From NCBI GenBank assembly GCA_051362555.1, contig CM120649.1, positions 17,994,567 through 18,058,566 on the forward strand: DNA of 64,000 nucleotides. Reading direction: 5' to 3'. Below, in pieces: positions 12,645 to 24,514 of the stretch. The stretch's first letter is position 1, and each line of letters begins with the position of its first letter. This stretch comes from Lingula anatina (lineage: Eukaryota; Animalia; Brachiopoda). The notes beneath the pieces were generated by a model. It did not search any database. It was not told the origin of the DNA and saw only the letters and a program-made list of their open reading frames with translations. Position numbers and translations under genes: made by a program.

Positions 12645-15600
12645 AAGAGAGTCTGCATTCAAGAGGTCAGTGACTCTGCTGGCTTTAGTGTGCATGCATG
12701 CAGACTGTTTTTATGTGTGTTCATATTCAAGATGAATGGAGTTTTTTTGCTGTAAAATAACTCTGTTTACTTAAAAGACAAATTTAATGTTAAATGTGTT
12801 GAAGAGTACCAGAAAAAGGATGCAAAAGCCCACAAAGAACAATAATGACAAAAAAAGAAAAATTAAGAAAGCCCCTGTGTCTTCACTAAAGTATGTATGA
12901 GATTTTTGTTTAAGTATACATACATACATACATACATACATACATACATACATACAGAGAGACAGAGAGGCAATGAATGATTAAAGCTTGTCATTTATAT
13001 TTATGCCACCCACCAAATCTGCCCATTTGTCAGATTCTTGCCTCATTCTGGCTGACATAGATGATCACCCTGAGGAATTGATTGTTTGAGTATTTGAAAT
13101 GTGCCAAACATGCGATATTTCCTATCTGGCATGGATATGCTCTGTAACTAGTGTTAGGTTAGCAAGGGTTTCTTCCTCAGGGTTTCTGTCCGCTGCGAGA
13201 AGTTCCCAGACTTTACGCTCACGAGAGTCCTCTTGATGCCTTCACCATCAAGGATAAAGTCAGAGGTGAGTTTTGTTGTTGTTGTTGTATTGTCTGTTTG
13301 TGTGTGTGTATGTGGATGGGTCTTCAACATCCAATAAGATGAAACCATAGTAGATAATCAATATTTCTTTAAATACTGCCACATTTTAATTCTGTGTGAA
13401 AGTTCAGTAGATGTAGCATCAATCAGGAGAACATGAAACTTGCCCTCATACTATCTGATGCAAATGTCTTATGTGTCCAATTCAATGAAGTTCAGTCTCT
13501 TTGGGAGGATTGGTCTGCACTGTTGAAAGGAATTCGCTACCTTTTACTAAAATTCCAGGCATAATTCTACAAGTTGACCCTGACAAAGAGAAAATAGTGG
13601 TGTCCCTGCAGGTGTCCGCACTGCCACCTGGTGTGGAAAATCTGAAGATTGTGAGTTGTGCTGCCACCTTGTGTAGAATTTTTTTAAAAATATATTAACT
13701 GTAGCCAAGTAGTGTAGAAAATTGAAATTTGAATTGATGTGGAGTAAACTTGATATCTCATTCCTAAAATGGTACAAAAAATGAAAATTAGGCCAAAAGT
13801 AACACAAATGAAATTAATGTGATGGATTATTTTCAGGGTTTGATTGCAGATGAGGAAATGCCAGTCCACTATCAGTAAGTCATTGTTACAGATAGCCTAT
13901 GCTGTTCAGACAGGTCAAATTCCTGTGTAAACTATATATATTCCATGGTAAAACATCATCCACACAGACCTTGTTGCACAGTTCTGTTAATAGCACTTTC
14001 AAGTTGGTAAATAATTGAATGAATATCCTTCTCCTGTATGTATTACTGATGAGTTTTTATAAAATTACAGACGCCTTACAAAGTCCTCTGGCAAGCCATA
14101 TGAGGAGATGCTGACGTCAGAGTTGGGTTTCAGTAACCCAAACTGTGTGTCCTTCCTGTGTAGTGTGTTGGGGTTGAGTGACGAGACACCACCATCTTTA
14201 ATGAGAGGCCTTCATAGGTGAAGCATTTCTCTACTCCATATTCTGCTTTATTTAATAGATATTTAAAATCATTTATAAACTGTTGTTATAAGACTAGTAT
14301 AATACTGAAATTCAAATTGCATGCTGTAGCTGAAAGGTTGATATTAACTTTTGTATATTATAAAGGCTTAAAATACCAGAGGCAGAAACGGCAGAAGGAT
14401 TAAGAAAGATCCAAACAACAAAGTGGGCTTTAAAAAGGTAAGATGAGTTTAAAACTTTTTAACAGACATTTTTATGGTATCTTTTCAAATTTTGCACCTC
14501 CTAAAATATGCTATTTTACTCTTTATATTACTACAGTCTAAACAGGGTACATTTTTATTTTGAATTCAGAATATGAGATGTTTCCCCAACCAAGTGGCCT
14601 CCATGTGAAATATTAAATGCAATTTTACCTCAGTACCTAATAAGCCATTTTTTGACCCTTTATTCAGTAGTAGTAGATCTTCATTTACTGAAGATCAAAA
14701 CATAGTAAGTGTAAAACTTGTTTTTCCATTTGTTCATTGTCAAGATGTATCTCAAATACAAAGGAACAAAAATTTATTCTCATAATTGTGTTCCAGTGTT
14801 GCTGCGGGCATCAGCCATTTCAAAGATGGCCGATACGTGGAAGCTGTGCAGCATTTCAACAAAGCACTGGAAATAGATCCAGAAAATGTGGAAGCTTTTG
14901 TGGCAAGGGGAGCTCTGTAAGTAGGAGGGGCAGCTAGTGATGTTATTAGTAGGGGATTGTGAACTTGGAAGGTGGGGGTATCTGTGGATAGGGGGCTAGA
15001 GCCCAGATCAGAGTGTTCTGGGTAATAGTATATTTACGTATATATCTTATTATCACATGATAGCCGATGGGGTCTTTTAAATAATGTAAATATCCATATT
15101 GACTGATGCATATGATATTAACTTTAGACACATATCTTTTTGTCTTGTATGAGGAAAAAAATACTAGGATATGATAATAATAGTAATTATAATTAAAAAA
15201 AATGATAATAATAATAATTATTATTATTATAAGTGTATTTAATTAAATTTGTTTTCAGATTTGCTAACAATGAGAACTACTCCAAGGCCATTGCAGATTT
15301 TGAGAAGGCCTTAGAGCTGAATCCCAGACACCAGAATGCCAGGAAGTACCTCTGTGAGACACTGGTGGTGCATGGGCGAATGTAAGTGCTGGTCACACGG
15401 GTAGTTTGGTGTTCAGCCAATCAGCACAGGTGTTGCACTTTGATGTTGCCTGTGATTGGTTTTGTACAGTTTTAAGAGTTTCAAAGTTTTGGATACTGGA
15501 GACAATTGTTTACTGCAGCAAATAGCTAATGACCTATGAGTAATTGATTGAGGACTGAAATGAATGTAATCATATGAGCAATTAATTTTTTAATGAATTA

Positions 15601-18600
15601 TATTAAATGTATCTTAACGTGTAAATACTTTTAAACTGGCCTGTATCTCCCCTTTTGAAAAAAAAAATGTTTTCTGATTCCTTTCTTACCTGTTTTTGCC
15701 TCTAGCACTGAAGATCAAGGAGACAAGGACCTTGCTATGCAGTATTTCGAACGCGCCGTGGAATTAAAACCCGATTTGATTGAAGCTCGCGATTGCATTC
15801 GTCATTTAAAATGTGAAGAAGAATACCTGAGACAGGTGAGGTGATGTTTTTGAATCTTGTTTTTTATTGTGGTAAAAAGTGTTTTTATCTTGACCGGAAG
15901 TGAGTATATATATATATATATATATATGTCCATTATTAAAGCCCTACAGTGATACTTCACTTTTAAAAGATAAATGTGAAAAACTGATCTTAGTTGAAAG
16001 TGAGGACTTACTGCTTGATGTAAAAAGCGCCTTAGTTATATAACACCGTTTTACTGCATGAAGAATTTCCTTGTTAAGATTTTCTTTCTTTTTTTTTTTA
16101 ATATAAATTAAAAATGTTCATATTTTGTGATGTTTCAAATTTAAACCCAATAAATCTGCACATTTTAGTTTTGAAAGGTAAGTCACAAATGAATGTGTCT
16201 CATGGCAAGTTTTAAACAAATAGAGGAAAAGAAACTAATTCATGCAAACAAAGAATAATAGCTGTAATGCAATCATTTGTAAAATAACACATGCTAACAT
16301 ATTTGGTTTCACTTTCTATTTCATCCGCTGATGGCTATTTGCTGCTGTGTTTAACCTGATCCTGCTGGTGTCCTCTGGAAACACTATATTCTCATGATTC
16401 TGGACATTGGACATGTGCGTCTATAATTATAATATTGGATTGCAAACGGTTGGTATCGAACATTTTTGGAAATTTCTGAAATTATAATGACTTATATTGA
16501 TTGTATTTAACAAATTTCAATATATTGTAACAAAATAAATTTAATTTAATGAATCATTCACCTGTATTTGTGGACGAAATCTTTTTTTTTGGATTTCTCC
16601 AATTTTCTTCCATTTTACCTGGTGACCTTGACATTGTTCTGTATGACCTTGATGAAACCATGTTGACCTATTCTCCTTTTGCTTATTAGCAAGATATAGA
16701 ACAAAGACATCAGTCTTATCCTGATGAAGTTATAGATTTAAGGAGCAGTAGTCCTGTGAGGGACCCTATGGCGAGGAATGCTGAGAAACCAGTTTTTAAG
16801 GAGACGGCTGACACGCTGAGAAAACTGATAGAGGAAGATAGGGAACAGGGCAGGTAAGGGGATTCTTCTATAGCTAGTGTGATTTAAAAGAAATTGTAAA
16901 TTATTTTTTAAGGGAGGGGATGGTGTTCACTGTTAAGGAAATTTAATTCTCAAGTTAATTCATAAATTTCAGGCTAAAGAAAAAGAAAAAGAAAAGGAGC
17001 AGGTCGGGAGAAAAGTACCATTCTCCTGAGCAGAGGAGAAAAGATCACCCAGAGAGGAGACAGTCAAGAGAAACTTACTCAGAAACCAATGTGGAAAGGC
17101 AAGGCTATGAGGCAAGAAGGGAAAGGGATACCAAAGGTGTTTTTGATGAATACGGAAAGAAAAGATCTAGAGATGAAAATGATGAAGTTGATTATAGAGA
17201 CAGAAAAAGAAGGAAAAGTTACAAAGAAGAAAGAGACAGACATTTACATGATCCTAATATGGACAATCTATTCAGAGACAGCAGAGGTCAGGGTCATGAT
17301 AGTAGAGGTCAAGGTCATGACAATGTGACCTTGACCACAAGGTCGATAACTGTTCATTCAGCACCTCAGAGAAAAAGACATGATGGAGGTGAAAGTGATT
17401 ACGACCCAAAGTACAGAAAAGGAGATTCCCGAGATAAGAAATTTCACTACGACAAGCATGGTGACATAGACAGACATGGAGGTGAAGGGCAGCATTACTT
17501 TCCAGGTACGAAAGCATATGTTGATAAAGATGCCCAGAACTATAGACATGAGGAGAGGAGAGTTGTGTCAGGTGGCACCTCAGGACATGGGTCAGAAAGA
17601 AGCCTTACACATTTATTGGTGGGGGAAGAAAACTGGAAGCAAAAGCAGGAACAAGGTTACTCTAAAGAGAGAGGAAAGATGAGACAAAGAAGTAGGTCAA
17701 GGTCGGCATCCCCTGATTTCCATCACCATGATAGAGAATACATTGAGGTCAGAGATGTGAATGACCAAACTGAAACAAGAAGCGTGACTGTTACCGGCTA
17801 TCTTAAAAAGTCAAAGTCACCAAGAGGTGACATGTTGACCCAGCATGGTCAGTCAGATGCTTACGGATCATATCCTGAAGAAGATTTAGGAAAGGGCCAT
17901 GATAAGAGAAAAGGTCACAGGTCAAGGTCACTTGAAGAAGAAGATGACTTCCATACCTATCAGAACACAAAGAAAATGCACAACAAAGAAACTGAAACTA
18001 AGTACAAACCAAATAATCGTCCTATAAAACCCGGCTTTGAAAAGAACAGTAGTGGTTCCAAGACAAAAAGCAGATACTCTGACCAAGATGTGTACAGGAA
18101 GACCCCATTGAAAGGCACTTGGGATAGAGAACATACCTCCCTGAAAGAATATGAGAGTACATATCGAGTAAAAGACCATGGAGAGGATAGAAGCCCGTTT
18201 TCTGATTCAAGATCTAGATCCAGCTCAAAATCTGCTCAGAAACATAGGGCATCTACTTCAAGCTCAAAGTCAAGGTCAGAAACAAGGCAAAAGCTTGGCA
18301 AAAGATATATGTCGTCTTCCTCAAGTTCAAGGTCATCAAGTAGGTCAAGTGCTTCAGGTACCTCTAGTTCGGGGTCAGGACCGGACACAAAATCTGCCAG
18401 GAAAATCACAACCAAAGACGATGGAAACCTGAAAACAAAATCCCCTACCGAGAGAAACCAACGCAAGGAACTTCACGACCAAGATAAAAGGGAGCCTCAA
18501 ATTAGAAAGGACAACAGAGGGCAGCACATTCAGGGTTCTAAACCAAATAAGCCGTCGTCCTTCATGCCACGTTCACTACTGGTGAAAAACAAAACCCCAA

Positions 18601-18845
18601 AGATGTCGGCCGAAAAACCAAAGGTTAAGCCTGGCAAGAACGGTGACGCAGAGACAGGTGACAAAGATGTTAGGCCTGTTGACCCGCGGAGATCGAGGTG
18701 GGACTCGCCAAGTTCGGAGGAAGACGAGAAGACGAAGAAAAACAAAGGTGGACCCCAGGAGCCTAAAGAAAGTCTAGAAGACCTGGAGAAGTTTCTTCAC
18801 TATCTTAAGACGCAAAAGAAAGAGAAAGACTCGGCTAAGAAGTAG
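10948..18845 (+). CDS. TTC14: Tetratricopeptide repeat protein 14 orthologue (S1-like domain + TPRs + long R/S/K-rich low-complexity tail); approx. exons 10948-11084, 11454-11570, 12006-12082, 12374-12496, 13181-13265, 13558-13649, 13836-13874, 14071-14217, 14367-14437, 14797-14916, 15260-15381, 15707-15835, 16690-16852, 16973-18845
   Basis: Exon translations match remembered TTC14 motifs: MD..L.......[44 protein letters not shown]...LG.....[55 protein letters not shown], and C-terminal SLEDLEKFL. All introns are GT-AG; exon edges are +/- a few nt. Confidence 0.92.
12507..12650. repeat. Compound microsatellite (GT)n-(CT)n-(TA)n-(GA)n in a TTC14 intron
   Basis: Directly visible. The (CT)n and (GA)n arms flank (TA)n and are mutually complementary. 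Confidence 0.9.
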
Positions 18846-19048
18846 ACTTTTGTGGTGTGGGAAGACTGTCATTCTTTGCTAGATGATTCAGTCTACCGAT
18901 GTTCTTTGGGAATATTTGGGGTTGTACTTTTGTCCACCTCACTTGCGTTTTCATGACATGTAAAAAAACACTTTTATCACTCTCGCAGATGAACCTGCTG
19001 TAGAGAAGAGGGCAAAATATGCGATCTATTCCATTAATTTTGTTTGCG

Positions 19049-19090
<42 letters not shown>

Positions 19091-19535
19091 GTTTTACGAG
19101 TAAATACAGCACAGAAAACGGGAACCACCTCTTCCTATTACGGCGGCCTGCTGAACTCTGTATAGACAAATATACACGACACGTGGAAACCGCGTTTTTC
19201 TTTATAGTTAGGACTCATTAGAAAGTTGACGTTTCAGGGCGACACAATTTGAAACCTTTACTAATCGTTGCTCTTTGAATTAATATGCACTATTTGACTA
19301 TTTTTGTGACAATTGTTTCTGTGTTATTGCGTCTCGAGACGAAAACGTGGGTATTGGCAGATATAGATATACCGCAAGCCTCGAGCGCGTTTGATTTAAT
19401 AGTGGGATTGTCTCTGCTGGAACAAGTTTTAGTGTGTATGAAGAAAATTATTTTGACTTTCCAGATATAAAAAGACATTTTCTAGTTGTCGTTTAAACTT
19501 TATTTAAATGTATGCCTAAAAGAAAAAGAAAAATG

Positions 19536-19608
19536 GGATTGAATGGGAAGCGAACCCACTCCGCCGTGATTGGCAGCCAAGGACGTTACTACACGGCCAG
19601 CAAATCCT
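19536..19608 (-). pseudogene. tRNA-like (Gly-GCC-type) degenerate gene or SINE head
   Basis: The minus strand reads GGATTTGCTGGCCGTGTAGTAACGTCCTTGG-CTGCCAA-TCACGGCGGAGTGGGTTCGCTTCCCATT-CAATCC: a T-arm with B-box-like GGTTCG, an anticodon-loop-like CTGCCAA, an acceptor-like GGATT/AATCC pairing, then a T-rich tract. The stems are imperfect. Confidence 0.5.
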
Positions 19609-20610
19609 GCTATCTGGTGTAGTGTTATTGACAATACATGATACCTGTCACGCATGCCGAAGCTTTACGAAAATTGCCGAAGGTAGCAAATGGCTTCAAA
19701 ATAATAATGTACTGTTTAAAATTATAAACTAATTCAAACTACGGCCGCACTCTTCCCCCTGCCCTAAAGTATTGCTAAAATCCCCCTGCGAAAATTTGTT
19801 TCATTTAACGCTCACTAACGGTCCTCAATCTGTCTTAGAACATAATGTTATTCTTATTAAACAATAAATGTGCTTAATCTGTTCTACGACATTCTGAAGG
19901 ACTTCCCAAAACACTTCTCGAACTGCTACATTCATTACAGAACAACATTAGATATGTAAAAAAAAAAAAATGTTCTCGAAAAGACTGAAAATCGTAAGTA
20001 AACGTTAAATGAGACAGAAATTTACAGGGGTTGTCAGTTGTCAAAAGATCGTTATAGATTGGGAGAAAAAGGAAACTTCGGCTGATCTGCTGTCAGTATA
20101 TAGATGGTTCCAAAAGACGAAGAAAAATTAATACACAATCGTGAAACTGTATATGTTATGCAATGTATCCATGGTAACGGACATTTTACAGATTGTTAGT
20201 GTACACTCACTTGATTTGGAGCAGGCGAAATTTTCCGTGATTGATGGAAATGTAAGTGCACCTATAGAAATTTGAAAAAAAAAAAAACAACAAGTAATTG
20301 CTTTTTGACAACCAGCGTTGGCAGGTCGAGTAAAAGTTGCATCAGCACAGAGATGATTATTTTATGATGTTTGATGTAATGTGACATAAGAAACTCGGTG
20401 TTTCATTAAATTATTCATCAGTTTGGGAAAAGTCTGCACTCTTCTGATTATTTTACCGACAATACAGACCATTTCTCCTGCAATTCTCTGCAGTAACCCT
20501 ACTCATTGCAAAACTCCATCAGGTGCAACAACGGAACATTTAAGTAGTTTGAATGCAAGCATCTTACATCAGAAGCCCTCTGCTGCTGGGATAACGACAA
20601 CGTATTGAGT

Positions 20611-22380
20611 ATGGTGGCCGTACGACTGCTTTCTGTTGGAGTTTCTGTAATACTTTTGGGTAAGTTTGGCATTAGTAGAACGCATAAGGGGAATTTCATC
20701 ATTTAATTTATTTGTACATGCACTGAAAATGTGATTTTGACGTTAGTTTGATATTTAAAGTAACACGGTACCATAACGCCTTTCATCCGTGTATTCAGCT
20801 GTCTTTTCAAATATTTTAGCATGAAAATATAATTTGATATTTTACTGATAATTTTATTATTATTATTATTATTATTATTATCCAGTAGGTACACCACTGT
20901 GCAGAGGATACACGAAGAATCTGGCCAGAGGTAAACCCGCATATCAAAGTTCCACACACAATAATGGCGGCAATGCCAGTGCTGCTGTGGACGGTAACTA
21001 TGACGACGTCATGTCCCATGGGAGTTGTGCCCAAACCAAGGCAATTCAGGGGCAATGGTGGCTGGTGGACTTAGAAACCACGGCGAGGGTGGCTGGTATC
21101 ATAATAACAAACCGTGGTGACCAGCGTTGTAAGTGATTTTATTATCTGTTGTAGATTTACTGGTTCGTTGAATTCTTTATGTTATACACTTTAAATTGTG
21201 GTACGCGTAACACGTTACTGTTTGTGTTATAGCCACTTGTGTGATATTTTACTGTAATACCCAACGGACGCGTTGTGAGAAATGTTAGAAACAGTAGGTC
21301 TACCCTAACACAGACTAGCTGTGCGGTGACGTCATTTTTGTGCAAAAACTCTGGCTATGGAACACAGTATCGAACATTGCACAGAAATAGCCAGAGAAAT
21401 GTAAATGTGTGGAAACCCCTCCCTACGGCCGTCGTAGAGGATACGAAAACGAACTGAAAAACTAGTGTGATTGAAACTACCATACGGAATTTGGACAAAA
21501 TTACGTGTGACCACGTGCTCAGATAAAGTGACGTTTGCTACACACTAGTAGGTTACACCGCCTGCAGTTTCCATGTCTGATTTTTATGTTTAATTTGTGG
21601 CTACATGGCATTGAATATTGTTATAGCGTTAAGTCAAATTGGGGAATTTGCTCTTTTTTTTCCAGTTTACCGTTTGAATAATTTCGAAGTGAGGGTTGGA
21701 ACCTCTTACGAGGATAGTTCATCATTCATCCAGTACAAACTCTGCGCCAGTTACCCGGGGGCGGCACCCGCGGGGAACACGTCTCTGTCCTGTGGGTCAC
21801 CACTGAGGGGACGATATGTCTTGATCATTAAAGTTGGCAATGACACGTATAACTTGCAGCTTTGTGAAGTGGAGGTTCGCGGTGAGTGTACGGCTGTTTC
21901 TCAAAATCACTTTCACAGACAGACACCGGGGTAAGAGCAGGGTCCTCGGGTTTCTCGCAAGTCTCCTTGTTCCTACATTGTTCAGGGTATGTTCAACACA
22001 AATAGTTCCCACTTGAAATATAGTAGCATGCATATATAATGTTTATGATTAAAATAGTGACGACGTCGCTCAATCAAAGCCGGCGTATTAAGTTGTATTA
22101 GTTTCTATTATTTGTAGGCATTACAAGTTCAACCAGGTTTCGGCGGGTAGCAGCAGGTGCGCGCGCACCCTTCGTCCCCATATCCAAGCTGAATGTGGAG
22201 AGCCTCATCGAATGCAGCATCTCCTGTATGAAACACTGGCAGTGTGTGGCCATAAATATTCTCTGTGCTGGAAATGACCAATGTGTCTGTGAACTTCTGC
22301 CCAGTACTGCCCATTCCGGCGACTTGCAGGCAGACACTGGATATGAATATTATGAGGACAACCGCTTTGGCAAAGTGTAG
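20611..22380 (+). CDS. Secreted F-type lectin (fucolectin/FTP) + C-terminal PAN/Apple domain protein; exons 20611-20659, 20886(or 20889)-21128, 21666-21881, 22118-22380
   Basis: Signal peptide MVAVRLLSVGVSVILL-GTPLCRG. FTLD motifs NLARGKPAYQSS, A..AVDGN, SC..T, WWLVDL, ITNRGD, RL.NFEVRVG, GRYV.I, LQLCEVEV. The last exon SLIECSISC....QCVAIN......C.LL has a PAN-type Cys pattern. All introns are phase-1 GT-AG. Confidence 0.88.
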
Positions 22381-22717
22381 GAAGATGTCTTCTAACGGAT
22401 GTGGATAAATCGCTTTCGGATGTTATCAGACCTTTTCATTAAATAATCTTATACAATGCCATGGTTTATATTTGTGTATTCATGACCCCACATACAGCTT
22501 TCACTGACCCTTTTGAAACGAATTAAAGATGCGTCTTTTTGGAAAATTTTATAACTGCGATTTTACGGCTTTGGCAGTTATTTAATGTCTTTTTAGTGAA
22601 ATTTTGTAAGCAATGAAATGACATTTAGTTTTCTAATAAGGTAATTTTCTTACACTATTTTCCTTCTCTAATTGCGATGTCTGATGAACATAATCGGATA
22701 TTAGACTCTAAATAAAT

Positions 22718-22905
22718 CATTGTCATCATCATTATCCAGAGACTAACGTGTTCCACTGTTGGACAAAGGCTTCAGCATGCTTCTTTCAGTGTCCAGGCAT
22801 TCTGTCTTTCTAATTTTTATCACTACTCGTCTGTTGTAACTTATCCCTCCATCTCTTACCAGGCTTCCCTTGTTCTCTATGCCCAAATCTTAGTGTCCAT
22901 CTTGT
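22718..22905 (-). mobile_element. 3' fragment of an RTE-clade LINE
   Basis: The minus strand encodes WTLRFGHREQGKPGKRWRD (RTE C-terminal W.PR..KR..GRP..RW.D motif) and ..AEAFVQQW, followed by a (GAT)n-like tail. Confidence 0.65.
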
Positions 22906-24514
22906 CTGCAATTATCTTGTATTTATATTATATGACGTATGTTATCATGATTCAAATTGTAATTTACAGAGAGAACACATCATCTGAGGCTTTTTTAGTT
23001 TTGTGCAAAAAGTCTAGCTGATAAGATAGTACAGGTATTTATAATGCTTATTTGCAATCAACCTTAGTTTGTCTTGTGTAGAAATAAATGGTTTTCTAAT
23101 AATTTTTTTTCAAGTGTTGTCACCAAAATATATTCAATTGATTTTCCCGAAGATATCAGTGATGTATACCTTTGTGAATATAAATTGTCTCTTAAGCGGT
23201 ACGTTATATTTTACTTTTAAGTAAAATATCTCAAATTTGATCAAACCGAATAGTCGTTTGGTCTAAAATATATATGTTATCTTTTTTTTTTCTATAAATT
23301 CAATATTATTTCTGAAATTTTATCCCAGAAACGGTACCATGAAATAAAACAAAATTTGTAAAATCTCCAATTTCTCTCAACACACTGGCCGATATTAGTG
23401 TAGTTAGGCCTCGAGAGACCATAGGCCTATATATAGTTCCATTAACCAATGAAGCAATACTGTTTCTGTCAGGTACACCCCAGTACGCATGATTGATGAA
23501 TGCTGCTCTGACGGCGCAATGATTCCAATATCCCTTAGCAAAATGAAAAATAGTGAAGCTATATTGCTGCAACCTTAAAGTTTGCGTTTCGATCGGTGGC
23601 GTAGAAGCACGGCGGCGAGTATCGCTCAGTGCGGTTGGTTGCCGTCTGATCATCAGATTTGTAAATTAATTGATTGCGTGCGGGCGGAATTTATGATGCT
23701 GTCGACTTATCGAGTCCTGACTTGTATATTAATTTGGACATTCTGATGAATATTTTGCTATTTGTACACAATCCATTTATTAAGGAATTTATAGGAGAAG
23801 AAGATATATAATAAATTCTATTTCAAAATCTGTCGTTAAAATATTAACAGTGATTGAAAATTCTACGATATGTATAACATTTAAGATCTGTAAGGAAAGC
23901 ATGGGAAAAATAATTTATCTTTTGTCTAAAAACTAATTCTGGACTGTGGCTTGTCCTGGAGGGTATTAGACTACTACTAGTAGAATCGAAGAAGAGCACA
24001 TTTCCTTTTTAACCGAGTTCTTTGTGGCTTTGTGTTGCTGAAGCTGTTGTTCACGGTGGTTATAAGCGGAAACGGCCGGGCAGCATCATACAAGACTGTA
24101 GATTACGACAGAAGGTACTTCGACTTTAAAGACTGACTTTTCGCTTTAGCTTACAATAACCGAACGTTAGAACAACAGAAAAATTGATACATGTATTGTG
24201 GTGGATTGTTAATAGATGTGTACGTAAAGTCACGCCAGGGGTGAAATATATGATAAAAAATAAGCAAATGTCTGAAAAACTGGATAAATTGCCGATAAAG
24301 GATTGGCTATTCGTGAATGCAGAACAAAAGAGAACAAAGGCTGGTTTGGAAACGACGTTCAGCAACAGCAGCAACGGTTATTGTTCTTACTACTGAGACG
24401 GACGCTGCCAATTATGTGACAACTAGGACCACCACATATAACTGCATAAACCTATAAGGCTTGAAAGCGGAAAGGCGTGACAATCCTTTGGTTATTGTTG
24501 TGAAAAGGAATGGA

